Source: Antedon mediterranea (lineage: Eukaryota > Animalia > Echinodermata). From it: a DNA stretch of 64,000 nucleotides. Below, one piece after another: positions 37,981 through 52,404 of this stretch. Location of the stretch: NCBI RefSeq assembly GCF_964355755.1, contig NC_092674.1, positions 26,970,001 to 27,034,000 on the forward strand. Reading direction: 5' to 3'. Each line of letters opens with the position of its first letter. Positions within the stretch are counted from its first letter, which is position 1. Made by a program: the position numbers and the translations under genes. The notes beneath the pieces are model-generated. The model was given only the letters and a program-made list of their open reading frames with translations. It did no database searches and was not told the DNA's origin.

Positions 37981-39760
37981 AGTCGAGTAGACAAGGCAAA
38001 TCCTCAGAGGCACAGTAGCTTGGCTCACCAGGTCAAGGTAGCCTATCGAGCCGTTCTAAAATAAAAGGGTTTCGTGTCATGATTCAGATGGTATCAAGAG
38101 TGTGTTTTAATTAGTTTAATTATCCACTTAATTTTATCGATAGACATATCCCTCCGCCTTGGTATTAACGATAGGCCTAAATTATAGGTTATCAATGTAG
38201 ATTACTGTAGGCCTATAGGAAGTTGTCTCACCGCCATACCCACTGTAAGTTTGTTTCCCCGCAGACAGGTAAAAATACAGCCTAAGCCTGTAGCCTAATT
38301 TTTCTAGAAACATCACCCTAGGGCTACTGTACGCCCCGTGACGTTTAAGGGTATGTCGTACATAACGCCAAGGCCATAGCGTTGTGAGTTTAGTTAACAA
38401 CGCCACTGCCTAGTTCACACGCAAAGGCAGATTACGCAAGGCGTACGTCAGCCTTACGCTGTACGTGTGAACATACCCTAACATAACAGTAAATTTCGAT
38501 TTTTTTTTGCAACAACGAAAAACATTCTATATACAGTATACACAATAAATACAAAGTTTCTGGGTTCGATCCAAATCCTTGATTTAGTTTCGCGAGTGGG
38601 CACGGTAGCTTGACGTGTTATGTACACATTTATGTCTTATTATTTACTTTAAGGATACTTAGGCCTACACATCGCGTAATTTGGTTCAGAAAGAGCAAGT
38701 CAATGTCCTGGAATTATTTTAAACTAGGCTTACTTATTTATGATTATGTGACCTGACCTTCACTCGCTCTACCATTTTTTGCGATCATGAGCCATGTGTT
38801 CGATTATTTATTAATAAATAGTGGTTGCTTTTATCGAGGGTTCACGGAGACAATTTATTAGAAATATAGACCTAAACTTCGTTGTACTGTTTATAATGGG
38901 TTGTATACTACTTAATAGTCTGCTAAATGTTGGCGGGAACTTCCTTATTTGAAGATGTTGGATCTGCAGGATTACAATACTTATATTTGGCATATGAGAT
39001 TGTTTTACATATAAACATAATAGCCTACGATTTAATAATATGTTTGATCATACGAAGAAACAAGCACGTTAACGCGCCATTTAGTCGCCTATATGACTAT
39101 GCATGTCATACACACAGCAGCATCAAGTGTTGCCTGCCAGTTTGCATTCAGTTCACGCCAATCTCAATACAATAATTCTCTAGTCAAATTCTCAGCGTGC
39201 AATCTGACGGACGACGAGGATATCGTGACCGGTTGGAATTGAGTTAAAATATCGCGCCTTCTGTCTGCTACCCTCTTCGTGTTCATTGATTAATAACAAA
39301 CCCACAAAACTCTTCCTTCCAGCAGTAGTATCTCCAGTACCGGTACTATCAGTCGTGATGATTTATATGATTTTATTACTAATCACTAATAATTGCAACA
39401 ATTCCGATGTGTTTTATCAGCCGCTTCAACAGCAAAATAAAACGTGTGTGCAATATGTGTGTAGCCCTCGCTACACCTTGCATTGTCTTCCTATAGATTC
39501 AACGAACTTTAGCCCACCCCTCAAACCTTCAATACCATCGACCCGCCAACCCGCGTCACCAGTCAAATATATCATGCAAGATTTATGTCTTTTTCCATCA
39601 CGAAAATGGATAATCGTCTAAATAATTTTGATAGTCTAGGTATCCATAACGGTGACCCTTAACACTCCTTGTACACGTTTTGAGGCACACTAAAGTACTT
39701 ACTACTCCCTGTGTCCTAACTTTGTATTGTGCGAATATGCATTTACCGATTATACCATCA

Positions 39761-39852
39761 GTTTCTCAGTGCTGAGGACGATCAAAGCATATTGATCGAA
39801 ACTTCTTTTCAGAACTAATACACGAGGTGTACCGCAAACTTTATATCAACAT
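39761..39852 (+). mobile_element. 92-bp PLE-tail-like insertion with degenerate hammerhead core and 12-bp TSD
   Basis: ATTATACCATCA at 39749-39760 and 39853-39864. Inside: CTGAGGA-C-GATCAA-AGCATA-TTGATC-GAAAC, and a tail TTTTCAGAACTA..GGTGTACCGCAAACTT(T)ATATCAACAT that is also present at 8884-8928. Confidence 0.65.
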
Positions 39853-42370
39853 ATTATACCATCATCGTTAACGTAAATACAAGAACCAGCGGTAATACAC
39901 TAGTTCTCACAACAAATAAAAAAGTCTTACAATACGATAATAGCTGCGAAGTTCACACGCCTAAAGTTAAACGTGCATAGAACGTGTTTAAGCCGATCCG
40001 AATCATCAGAGTTATATCCCGACGTACGTGTGATCGGATAGCTTCATGTCGTTTAACTTCAATGTACCGCCAATATAACTCGTGATAGGTTTCAGAGTTA
40101 CTTCCGATTTAACGTAAGTCTAGACGACGCAGAACAAGTTAAACCGATTTATTTAACTCCGATACAGAAAAGAGATTGAAATAATACACCGGAAAACAAA
40201 ATTGATAATACATTAATTTATGTTTTATTGTCTGTCGGCTTTTTGTGCCAACATTTAAATATCCAGACAACATATAATATACCATCTCTTGATGGTAAAT
40301 TCACTTCTCACAAACTATCTTTTCTTCCACTATGTTATGTAATAAATTAACTTACGTACAAAAATATCTCATAATAAAAATATATCGCATAAATATTTAC
40401 TCATTATAAATACGCCTCTGCTGCGGACAAAGACTATTCTATACACATTTTACAATTGTTACGATATTCAAACTTTTCAAGGCGAATTGCTTTAAAACAC
40501 ATGGTAACGGGAATATAGATAAAATATCATAATAATATTATATATAATTATTATTATTATAACATGGCACATATTGAACTTTTTATGCGCTTTTTATATT
40601 AAGAGCATTTGTAGTTAAGCGCTCATTTTAAACTTATATGGACTAACAATTGGGTTGACTACTGACGAAATGACGTAAAATTGACGCACGCGTACAAAAG
40701 CTCGGTTCGTTCCACGTCTTCAAGAAGCGAATCAAATGTTGTGTCAATTCGTGACGAAAAGGCAGACGCGCCCTGTTAATAAGAAAGTGCAATTATCGAA
40801 TACAAACATTATTGTATGTCTAGGCCTACTTCAGTTATAGTTGCTGGAGCATTTTATCAAATAAAAACACTTGGAAATGTTTCCTTGTTGGGATTAATTA
40901 CCCGTCAGAGTATAGAACAGTTAGCCTTGGTACTTATTAAATCTACGAGTAAAGATTTAAAACATTGCGTGTATTGCGATGTAATTGGCTACAGTAGTTA
41001 GCAGTCACTCAAAGTAGCAAAACATGTTTTGGAACAAGTTCATTAAAACCGTTGTTAGGAATAGCGATGAAAATTGGAAGGTTAATAACTTAGTACTTCG
41101 ATGTCCCGTTCGCGTGTTTTTTTTTTCCAGGACGAACGTGGGCAGAAGGAATGAAGGAATTTCTCTAATATAGAATTGATAGTTTTAAAATTGGATATCT
41201 AAAGTAGGTTACTTACGGAGTCCTAACAAAATGGAACAAATAAGCGCATTATCGCTTTGCATTGTGGGAATACGTATTGATTATACCAGTGACGTCATCA
41301 ATAAAAGACACAACATTTGACCCGCGTACTGTGACGTATCACCATTTTTACGCAGAACCTTCCGTGTGTTTCACTAAGTATTTATATGAATACAACTTTT
41401 TAAGATTCCCTTAATATAGAATACTGTATTGCGTAAAGCTGTTTTGACCTTTGACATTTTAACAACGTTAATTATATATACTACTAGAGGCTTTATATAA
41501 ACACAATCAATTTTGTACAATCTAAATACTTAATATTCTAAAGTAACAGATACAGTATTTTGATCGTTATACCAAACTATTTCATTTCATGATATATAGC
41601 AAAGATCCTCCCGAAAATAGTTGTTGAAATAATCATGAAAGAAGGAACTCACGTTATTTCAACCATTTAAGACAGGATAATCATTGGAATAGTCTAAATT
41701 GAGTAAAATGTGACCTGATTAGATCATCGGTGACATCACGGACAGACACCAATTCAACGCGGCGCACAACAGCTGTGGAATTTTCATCAGCTTTTTGGCG
41801 CGCGCATTAGGCTGCTACTGTGTCCTCTATGGATCCACTGAACTTCCATCACAATTTTTCAAGTACAATCAATATTAGAACATTTTTGTGTCAAAAGCAG
41901 TTTTAAAATAAATATTTAGATGATTCGATGAGTAATATACAGATGAATTACTAATTTCTCTTAGAGAAACATTGTCCAAATGCATATTCAAGCAGATTAC
42001 TTTAATTTTCTCAGTAATTAGTTGCCTATAAATAATTGAGTGTACAGACTAAAAAGCATTGGCACTAAAAGGTAGTTCAAATTAATGTGTACTGTAAAAG
42101 GTGTTTTATAATAAATCCCACAAAAATTGTTTAGTCCAACAAGGATCTTGAAAATACGGTACCGTTCTGCTGGTATAGCAACCAAGGGAGTGACATGACA
42201 TTTATGCCTTCGTGAATCAAAATGAACCCGTTTAGGCTGTTGTTTACCCGGGTAAGTTGGTGACACGTATCCACTACCAACGTTAGCGATAATTTACCAA
42301 TGAAACCAACTTACCGGGTAAATAACTAAGACTGTCAATGTCTACTTGATATCACTGACAGGTTTTCATA

Positions 42371-42486
42371 AGCTCTGGTCAACACTATTACAACAAAATG
42401 TGATGTGCCCATATATGGACATGATGATGTCATATCACTACCATATTTGAGCACATCACACTAGTTTGATAGTGTAGACAGATATA
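42371..42486. mobile_element. MITE family A copy
   Basis: AGCTCTGGTCAACACTAT ... GTTTGATAGTGTAGACAGA with the family's internal motif. Confidence 0.75.
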
Positions 42487-43279
42487 AAGACTTAGATAAA
42501 TATTGAGAGTTGAACTCCGTCATGTTATTGTGTATTTGTTGCCGAAGCAGCCAGCTGCAGTAATGAAATCCGCAATAAGCAACCCAAAATTGAATAAATA
42601 TAAATTTTTTTAAACAGTAACTGAAGGTATGGTCCTTTCAAATCGCCTACCACATTACTGTGTATACCACACTCTTTGGTAATTCGTAACACAACATAGG
42701 AGTTGTTAAGTATCACGGCCATATTTTTTTTCGTAGACACTTTTCGCAGTTTCCATGAACTAATCTATATAATTTAATATTAATTGATAGCACACACAAT
42801 TGCATTTATGATTCGTTGTGACTATTCTACTTACTGGCTGGCTCATTGTGTTCTTTTATATCGTCCGTTAGTGAATTCAACATCAACAATCTGAACACTT
42901 ATAACGTCACTATAATGCTGACAAGAAAATTATATATTATAGTGTTTTTTTCTGTTAACCACTTATATTATTCAAAATTGCTACTGTGTAGCCTTTCTCC
43001 TCTAGCTGTCTAGTGATTGAATATAGTCGCTCTAAGTTCTTGAGAAAGAAACGCTTCCAACAAAAGGCACTGTTAGAATTGTACCCACTTCTTTACTTCA
43101 TTTTACTAAGCGAAAGACTCTGGCAGAACACTCTGCGACGACATCAATGCGTCGTCTAAGCGTCCGCAGACGCAAACGACGCGTCACCACGAGTCTAAAA
43201 AATTCACTTATGGAACGTCACGTATGTTTTGTTCGTGAACAGGAATGTTTAGGGTGTTTTCTAAACGCTAGTCCTAATC

Positions 43280-46200
43280 TCACCGTGATTTCGATTTCTT
43301 CCTTTTAACGTCCATTGTTAAGAATCTCGTACTCCGTTTTTTCGGATTTTCGATTTTAGCATTTCTCGGGCTACCGTCCTTATTCAATGCTATCATCCAA
43401 CCTTTGCGTTTAGTTATTCCCCGACAAAGATTACTTTTTGACGAGGAAGGGTAAGCACACGATGAAAATGACGTCCAGCCGTCGTTTCTATAGTGCTGCT
43501 GGAAAAAACATTCTCCTGTGGGTACTCTCTGCAATTGAAAATAATGATGTTTTAGTTTGTAAAAGTAAAAACACAAAACCACCAAGCAATAATCAGTGGC
43601 GTAACGCAGCTTAGGAACCCCAAGTGGCCCTCCAACGCTGGAGGCCTGGGGTGTTTTTTAGCCTTTTTTGAAACTCCGTATTGTATAATGAATATACCCG
43701 GAAATAAAATGAGATTAAAAAAAAGAAAACTACGCGGCGTAAATTATTAATGCATCATTTTTCCAAAAATAAAGTTCATATATTCCTTTCACGTCAGGAG
43801 AAAGTTTCAATTATGGAACCACTATTATGTAATTTTAAAACATTATTTTTGTTATAATTGCTATAATTTCAATGAAAACTTACCGAGCCGAACTGATGTC
43901 CGGTCGAATTGATGCACAGGTACAACGATGAAGCCCTTCCCCTGAGTTTAACAAGACTTCTCATCGATGGGCCTGGTGAAATTTCAATAATTGCTAAAAG
44001 ACAAAAAAAAAAGCAATTTAATTATTTGTATCGTAACGAAGTACGGTATAATAAAAACCGTGTAGTTCTGCGAAACATCATACCGTTTCGACCAAACCGT
44101 CTTCTGATGATATAGAAGAAATGATCTATGTATATTCGCGTTTGTATCGGCACGGTATTTTCATTTGTAAAGATATGATCATGATGTTATTAATTTTAAA
44201 AAGTTTGCTGACAAAAACACAGCGATATAATAAATTACAAATGCATTACACAATAGTTTCCGTTGACCAGTGGAACAAATTGAACATCGCGCTTTATCAG
44301 TACATGATGCCTATGCTAGCTGTACACAACGTAAATGCGTTTAATTTGGCGGTGCGTATTTTTCCTGATTTGCGTTGACGGGTGGGATAGAGAGTCGGGC
44401 AAGAGATTCTTAATACCAACGGGGCATTTAGAACCTCGCATACCAAAGTGTTAGGGACTGTCTCGCCTCTATCAGAAGCGTACCACTTCACCGCTGGGTT
44501 TCATATCCCAACACACGTGTTGTTAGAAATTACTTGATATAAATTGACAAACGCTGCATGGAGTATAAAATGCGGATCCTGGTGCTACCCAGAAAGCTTT
44601 ATAAATAGAAAAACACCAGGGTTAGGCCTATAAAATAAAATGAGAAAACAGTGACTTTAATGTGTTCGAAAGAATAATATTACGCTATAACACTAGCCGA
44701 ATGTGACGAAAAGTGACGAATAGGAATCCGTAGATATTCCGTAATGGTTAATGTAATGTAGGTCTACGGTAAATTCGAATGCGAAATGCTTATTTCATAG
44801 CGCGGGCGAGCTCTACTTTTTAAAATAATAATTATTCTACCCTAGATTTCAACACGCCTACAGGTACAACCGTACTTTAATATTAACAAGAATACGGGCC
44901 TCCGCCATAATGTACTATAACTATGACATTGAATTTAAATTGTCAATTTTAATCTGAATGATATCGTATGAAGATTGTTCGTAAACAATTTACAGAGAAA
45001 CGAAAACGGAAACTTGAATCATTATAGGAAATCTAAAAGAATTAAAATACCTGGTATATATGCATTGCATGCCTGATAGCGTGTCTGCTGGAGGAATACC
45101 AAACAAATTATTTATGTACAGTTTGCGATAGTGACATGCAGCGAAACGTAAAATGATGAGGTTTAGAATAACCAGTTAATTACCATAGTGTATTTGCCTA
45201 GAATATTGCATTTGATTAAATTGTGCTCTTGTTGACACGTTAAGCCATTGGTTTGGGCATTGGTCTAGGTTGGAAATAACACATGTACTAGCCTAGAGAA
45301 TACAACTTGTTTCCGTGTGGAAAGATTTTGTTATATAAGATAAGATTTATATTGATATCCCAAGTTGTATGCATAATACTATTAGTCCTCTAGATGATAC
45401 TTTAAGCCGTTGGGTTAAAATAAACCTAATGACAAATAGCAAAGGGATTTGATCGCCATTACATTTATAAACATTTAAGATTTTTCAAGTATCATTGACA
45501 ATACCAGATATTTAGGTTATGAAGTTAAGCCGTTGGTCAAGGTACAAAATAACATAGAAAGTCGTGGGGATTCGATTCTCATTGCGTTTAGATCCAAAGA
45601 CAGGGTTGAAAAGTAAAGATAGAAAATGTTATTTCTGTATAGTTAATCCCAAAAGGTATTTTTTTGACAGATTGGGTTAGATAGATTGAGCAGTCTGAAG
45701 ATTAGCCTACGATTAAAGTTGAAATCGCACGGTACCGAGCTTTCGGGAAAGAACGAACGTTTAAAGTAAACGGCAATTAAATGAATGAAACGGGACTTTA
45801 TATACCCACGCGTAGATAAATATTTTTGTATAGAATTGCCGTCTCATTCATCTATGAGCAATTAAAAGAAATACTTCATGTTACTGAATGTAGGCCTAAA
45901 CTGCAGTCGTTTGTGCGGAATTCAATGTCGAACTAGTTTAGGTGTTACATGTCAATTGCCGTTTCAAACAGAATGTTTTTTGAAACAAATTTATTAATCA
46001 AATTTAAATCGATGATTGAAATAATTCGATTCGCCCGGATGTGGAAATGTTCCACTATGATCAAAAGTAATTGTCCATATAAAAAGAGTTTATGTGGGGA
46101 AATGACCCAGCAAAGATCTATTTCATGACGCATATGTGTGTATCATAATATATGTATATAATTCCATGGCATTATTACACCGTGAAACTTAAGTACGGCT

Positions 46201-49200
46201 AATAGACGTATGCTATCCAACTATGTTTATAGAGAAGTTCTTTTAACTGTCCCGACACTCAACTCCTGTGTCAGAATGGAACCGAGTGAAACGACCCGTA
46301 GAAGCAGTTTGTTTGTGTTGACAACGGACTACAAATACATATATGTTTAGGTGGCGTTAAGAGAATATATATTATTATTAAATGTAAAATGATGATCAGT
46401 CCATGTCGGATTTGGATAGCCCTGTATGACGTCGAACTTGTCTAAAAACCAATTTACAGCAAAGATGGATAGCTTGCTTCGTTAGGTTTCATGTCCGTAC
46501 ATGTATATTAAACCAAACAAGTTTTTAAAGGTCATGCCTAACTAAATAAATCTTGATATGTGTTTGATCGAATAATAAGTATATCCAGGGTCTATGCGAT
46601 TAGTTAATACCAAATCTATAGTAGTAGGCCTAGTTTGTTCCTTGCTGAAGAAAATATACTATAGAGTGGTTTGTGCGGAGCGCAGCTACACATCGTGTTT
46701 GAAAATACTTATTACATTATTCAGGACCGTCGAATACAATTATAATATTATTCGCGGGTAAGATTACGCTGCGCACCCGTACAGCACACGTGCACGTTCA
46801 CGCCATCACAATGCTAATTCAACAAAAAGAAGATTGGCATATGTCATTTATGTCTGAGAAGGATAGAGCACTTCCGATGTTAATTATTTGGACTTAATCG
46901 ATTACCGTGCAAGACCTCTGGAGATTTTGGCAGGTAAAACTGATGCATTTGTCGGCCCTCTGTGAAACCATAAATAAACAGGTAAAGCGAAAAGTTGGAA
47001 ACTATCGTGGTTTTTCGACTGACCCATACATCGACCTAAATCCGTTACTTGTCCGAGCCAATCATGCCATACAAATTGACAAAGCCAGGCGTATGGCGGT
47101 TCTTTCTGACGCAGCTGTGAAAGCCCCACCGTTAAAATTCAATAAAATACTCTTTCGTTTCGTAATCTTATCGTTACCGGCATTAGTCTACCGTGGTGCT
47201 ATTTGAATGACTAGAGACACTTCGATCACTCATTCCCGGCACAAAATGTGTGTACAATCACACGACTTTACACAAATACTAATTAATGAAAACTAAGCAT
47301 GCATCGTTACGAAATTTCTATTTAAGGAGACGTCTCGAAGTTCATCAAACTTCGATACGATTGGTAACAACAATACAATGTTAATTAAATTGCGGTATAC
47401 ATTAAGATTATCATTTAGGTAAAGTGGAAATATAACTATACAGGTATGAACAACAACACCAGAGCCGAACGGAACAGTTTCATTTGCAGATTTGAATAGT
47501 GCAATACATCGGCAGACTTTGTTTTTCGCACCTTGTCGCACACCGGTCTTGATGAGCCTGGAAAATCTACCTTATTAAGTAACTTTATTTGAGGAGTTGT
47601 GATTCACAGATTTTTTTCTTCATTGACGTATCTGAAGTTATTGAAGATAGTCATAATCTATTTCCTTTCTATTTTAATGACTTTGAGAAATGCTTTTTGA
47701 TAAGTACGGTACTTTATATGTCAATTTTTTATAAGACTTTATATTATGTCAATTTTTTACTAAATATTGCGTTGATCTGTAGTATTAATAGTATGTTTTT
47801 CGTGAGTCCCTCAAAAACATTAAACATTAAGATTAATAATATAGACTTTAAATATGCCATTTTGCAATTTTAATCAAGTTTTTTACTTCCGTAGAAAAAA
47901 AAATAGCCAAAAAGACAACATAAAAGGTCTGTCTGACAGAAGAAGAAACTTTTTTTTCAAGTAGATCATTTTTTAAATCTAATTTTTAATTGAATAAGTA
48001 TTTTGTGACATTAAAATGACATATTAAAAACAATATTAAAAATATTTTTTTTCAGGGGAACAATATATCTTCTGAAGTAGATTTTCTTTTAAATGTAACC
48101 CTTTTTGTCTTGTAATTTATTATGTCACTGATACAAACATCACCCAGTACATTTATCCCAAGTTCAGATGTTCTCCTTCGGGTACAGTTTAGGTTCCATA
48201 TTATGTGCACTTTAAAAACACATGAAACAGACCTGCTGTGCTTGCTATTGTTATTATTTTTGCCTGAGAAAGAAATACCACAATATCATTCACTCCTCTG
48301 TCCAATTAAGCCCTTAATTCTAACACAACGAGTTCCTATCTATTGCCAACTGCGTGTCAAGATAACCGTTTTATGAGGTAGAAGTGAAGGGAAGTTATAC
48401 GCAAGAGTTTCGTATTGTCTTTATATTCGTCTATCCAGGTACTTGTACCATTGTTTTTCCATTGTTTGTTTCCGGGCTATTGGAGTTAGTATGCAAGGTT
48501 TTCAACGAAACTACAATAAAATGCAATAATTATATATTCAGCCACACTATGAAGTTAACGCGCGCGTGCAAAAAATACACGCGCACTACATGGTAGTGAC
48601 CGGCGTTATATTCAGCGTTTGTACGTGCATATAAAGCCGCTTTATGATATTTCAAGCAAAACACATTTGTGTCGAGCTCATATTTACCGGTGCATGATTA
48701 CATTGATTGCATGTTACACACATGTATGACAGGTGCAGGGTGCATTCTTCTGAAACTTGTTTTGGCAACATCTAACATATTAAATACCGTTTAAATAAAA
48801 ATTATTAATGCTCAATTTTGTATTTTGCAAAACGTTAACTCGAAACGAAGTTAAAACTTAGCCTACGCTTATTATTATTGCGCGCAAAGTTGAAGCCTTT
48901 TAAATGTGAATGTGGTTTTTGAAGACCTGGACCTAATCGCTTGCCCTATTATGCCATTGTTATCCTGATCGTTCCAATTAACTAAACGATAATGAAGGCT
49001 GTAATCATTGGAAAGATTTAGACGTAAAAGTCGGTAGCCACTCTAGTCGGTAAAAGATCATAAACGGTGTAATTAATTATATAAGGGCAGTTATAAGATG
49101 ATCGGGTTAGGACACTTAATAGCCAGACCTTAAAACGTTAAGCAGACAACACAGATGTACCTACCAAAACACTTTTGATTAAAATAAATGTATTATTACG

Positions 49201-50893
49201 GTAGCAACAAAACAAAGGTAGCCTGCAGTACGTCAATTCAAGTCCATTTTATTTCTTAAAATGGTTTTCTTTTGCTGTTTTCTGCAGCGTTTAGCTTATT
49301 CCCAAGGGATCGACCGGCTGACTATCATGGAAATATAGTAGTGTATATTTCTTTGACAAGGTCGCACCTTTGCTCGAGTTTATCGTACCTTGTTGTATAA
49401 ACTGTTGTTGTACCTATGTTATAATACCGAAAGAATAGTTCACCGTTAAGCCAGCGGAAATCTATGATTTTACACTTAGGCCTATATGTGTAAAAAGTGC
49501 ATCCACGATAGACCTGAGTCATTATATCAATTTAATTCATCTTGTCGAGATTTCCCGATTAGACAATTTCAGAAACATTAGAAGTTCCTCTCCACAAATG
49601 AATAACATTTATGTGAAGAAACCGGTCTTTCTGGTGATGTACCGGTAACAGACAGGGAACTGAATGTCCAGAATATTCAGAATATAAATGCATGCTTTGA
49701 AGAAGAAACCCGTAATATTATCAAGTCTAGAAAATAGTAGTAATAATTTTGAAATATTGAATGCCGAATCATTCAATTGTCATCATTACCAATATTATTT
49801 ATCCTATACTATATAATACTACAGTATTTTAATTAACTAAACCGTGGTGCGTAAAGTGGAGGTCTCGCGTGTTGGTTAAGTTCGTATGAAAAGTTTTCGA
49901 TCGAAGAAATCTTTAATTTAAGTTATAACCACTTAACACTTTTGAAAAGGCATAATAGAGGCCAATTAGAACAGCAATGATGTGTGAATGTGACTAAGGA
50001 ACTTACAGATCTCTTGTATTTTGTTATGTTATAATAAGCCACACGTTTCTTACATTTTACGGTTTACTCTACTATATTATTCAAGGGAGAGTTCTGCAAA
50101 TTTTCTTAAACTCTGGGTTTGATTGAACACTTTAAAACTCCAATGTGGTTATACAAACAACACAAATCAGTTATAGGTATAAAATGTGTATATCAATGGT
50201 AACCTATATATTCTGTGCCTTTATGATTTACTGTCACATGTATATAAACATAGACCACTTACCGAAGGTCGATAGAGTAACCAAAATATTTTACCAGTCG
50301 CAAATCAACTTACCGGCAAGGTTGGGTCAAACAATTACCCGTAAAAAACAAATTACAAACTGTAAAATATACTTACTATTAACATCGTTCCCAGCATCTG
50401 TTCCATAAACCCTACCATCCATAGCAATAGCAAGCAGAAGCTGCCATTTTGAGTAAATTTGTTTAAGTTTGTGATGAGTATTTCTTACTCCTCTCTTGTT
50501 GCCTTTTTGGGCTTCAGCTGCCCTAGCCGAACTTGGATGCCTGATTGCCATTTTGGGTTGGGTCCCCAATAAATCAATAGGCTTACTTGTTGGAGAAACA
50601 ACACGTTTGTTTTCGTTCGTATTATTATCCTCTGTAGCAGCGTTTACTTTTGTTGTTGTTTCTTTATTTGTTTCAATTTCTGTGTTTTGTGCTTCAGAGC
50701 TTTGTAATTTCAATGACTCTGTCGTCGTCACAGTGCTGGTGGATGTTAATTCACTTTCTATCGTCCTTCTGTTTAAAGCTTCTGTTGTTACAATATCTGT
50801 CGTATCAAAAGAAACACAATCTGCATGTTGCAGACAATTTACAAGCAATATAATGTAGAGAAAAAACCGCGATAATGCAATAACAAATTCCAT
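43280..50893 (-). CDS. FGF9/16/20: Fibroblast growth factor, FGF9/16/20 type; exons 50893-50377, 43993-43884, 43528-43280; 291 aa
   Basis: Spliced core: KLKQIYSKWQLLLAIAMDGRVYGT..|TIIEISPG..LVKLRGRASSLYLCINSTGHQFGS|RVPTGECFFQQHYRNDGWTSFSS..WMIALNKDGSPR..TRFL. Two core introns of phase 1 and 0 as in canonical FGFs. ALNKDGSPR matches FGF9/16/20. N-terminal signal peptide MEFVIALSRFFLYIILLVNCLQHADC. Confidence 0.88.
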
Positions 50894-51199
50894 TTTAAAG
50901 TATATCTTCCAGTCCAACTGCACGTTGATTTCTTATGTGTCTTCTTCCTTTGCTCGTTGCAAATTCAATATTTTACAACTATTTCTAGCAAAATCCATGC
51001 AATGGACAGACTTTGATAAAACAACAGCTATGTTTCAAACTTTGTTCTGTCGAGTTTTCTTCCTTCATAAGGTTTTCCTTAAAAGTGATAATTCCCTGTT
51101 ACTAAGTATTAGTGAATGTAGGCTATTCAGACGAGAGAGCTTATTCACTCAGTTGGCCTACGGTTGTCCCTGACAATTGCTGAATTCAAGAAGATTAGC

Positions 51200-51270
51200 T
51201 TCTTTTTGTATGCTCACTATTCTTAACCAATCACATTCGTAAGTAGGCGGGGCTTAAGCTGTTCGGCCCT
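51200..51270 (-). promoter_or_regulatory. Candidate FGF proximal promoter (CCAAT and GC box)
   Basis: ACCAATCA at about 51226 and AGGCGGGGC at about 51245, some 340 bp upstream of the FGF ATG. Confidence 0.35.
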
Positions 51271-52404
51271 GAACGTGTATTATGTTATAGCTAACTTCTT
51301 TACAGTACGTACTTCAGTTGAACCACAGAGTTCACAGTTTCTTTACATGTGTTTTTACATGTGTTTAAAGTGTAATCAGAATTCTGTAAAATCAACAAGA
51401 GAAGTAATTCAAGATTATATTTCAAATTTTAGTTAAATTGTTTTATACACATCTAACTAACTCCAAATTTCTGACACACAAATCTATGAATCTCAATACA
51501 GTACTTTGGATTGATTGGATTGGGAACCCGGCTTGCGAAGGACTCGAATCTACTTTTACGTATCATACCGCTGTACGATGACGTCATAAAGCGCTTACGT
51601 AATCGGTTTCAATTGTCACAATTATTATGTGTACCCGTATTCTGATTGTAAGGGTGAAGACCCTGATCCCCAGGGTACAATAATTGAGAGCTTATTACCA
51701 TCTTTACTCGGCTCTGATTCATTCAAATTTACTCTGTCTCTCCAGATGCCATATCTATGGAAGTAAACGGAATTCATTTCGGATTATTTCAATAGAGAAA
51801 GACATAGCCAGCCCCTTTGAATAATAAAATGTCATGTTAACTTACTATTTAATATAGGCATATACAGTACATTCTCTGACTGAAGAACATGCTTAATTTT
51901 TGCGTATGGTGCGCCTTGTAAGCGTTGTTCAGTGCGTCGTGGAAGGGTGGCCTGATATTAATAAATGATAGTAAAGGTGCATTTTATTATATCGGATGAG
52001 CATTTCGGTCGATAAAGGTGATTCCAATTCTAAAAATAAATCTGACCAATAATTACGCAATATATTGTGAAATTCATATTGTGCTGATGCTTGAACAGAC
52101 TTGTCATTGTTCTATCGATTGGTTGAGTGCAAATATTGGATCATTTGTCTAAAGATGCGTTTAGTTAATAATATTTGTCTAACGTAGCGTATATTTGTCT
52201 TTACAATAAAGAATAGAGGGTGAGCACAAAAGATGATCAGTGCTTTAGTCATAAAACAAAAGTGCAATAATCAATTTGTATTCCGGTATTTTAAAGTAAC
52301 GCCACGCACGTACGGTGTACGGTTTTTTTCGTACGATCCTTCCACAAATAATCGGATACACTCAATGGAATGTTCTTATGTGTAAATGAAATATCTCAAC
52401 TTCA

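Noticed and set aside
43090-43200. Arg-rich reading frame / CpG-rich patch after the FGF stop
   Set aside because: Separated from the CDS by stops (TGA GAT TAG), with no start or splice site; treated as 3' UTR.
44082-44110. Possible minus-strand hammerhead (CAGAAGA..GAAAC) or plus-strand CTGATGA
   Set aside because: Core is mutated and stems I/II do not pair convincingly.
50894-50923. Extra 10 N-terminal residues on FGF
   Set aside because: GTG start in the ORF track; the ATG at 50893 directly precedes the signal peptide.
44000-51200. TCF/LEF sites around the FGF gene (Wnt target hypothesis)
   Set aside because: Only scattered CTTTGA/ATCAAA matches, no more than expected in AT-rich DNA.
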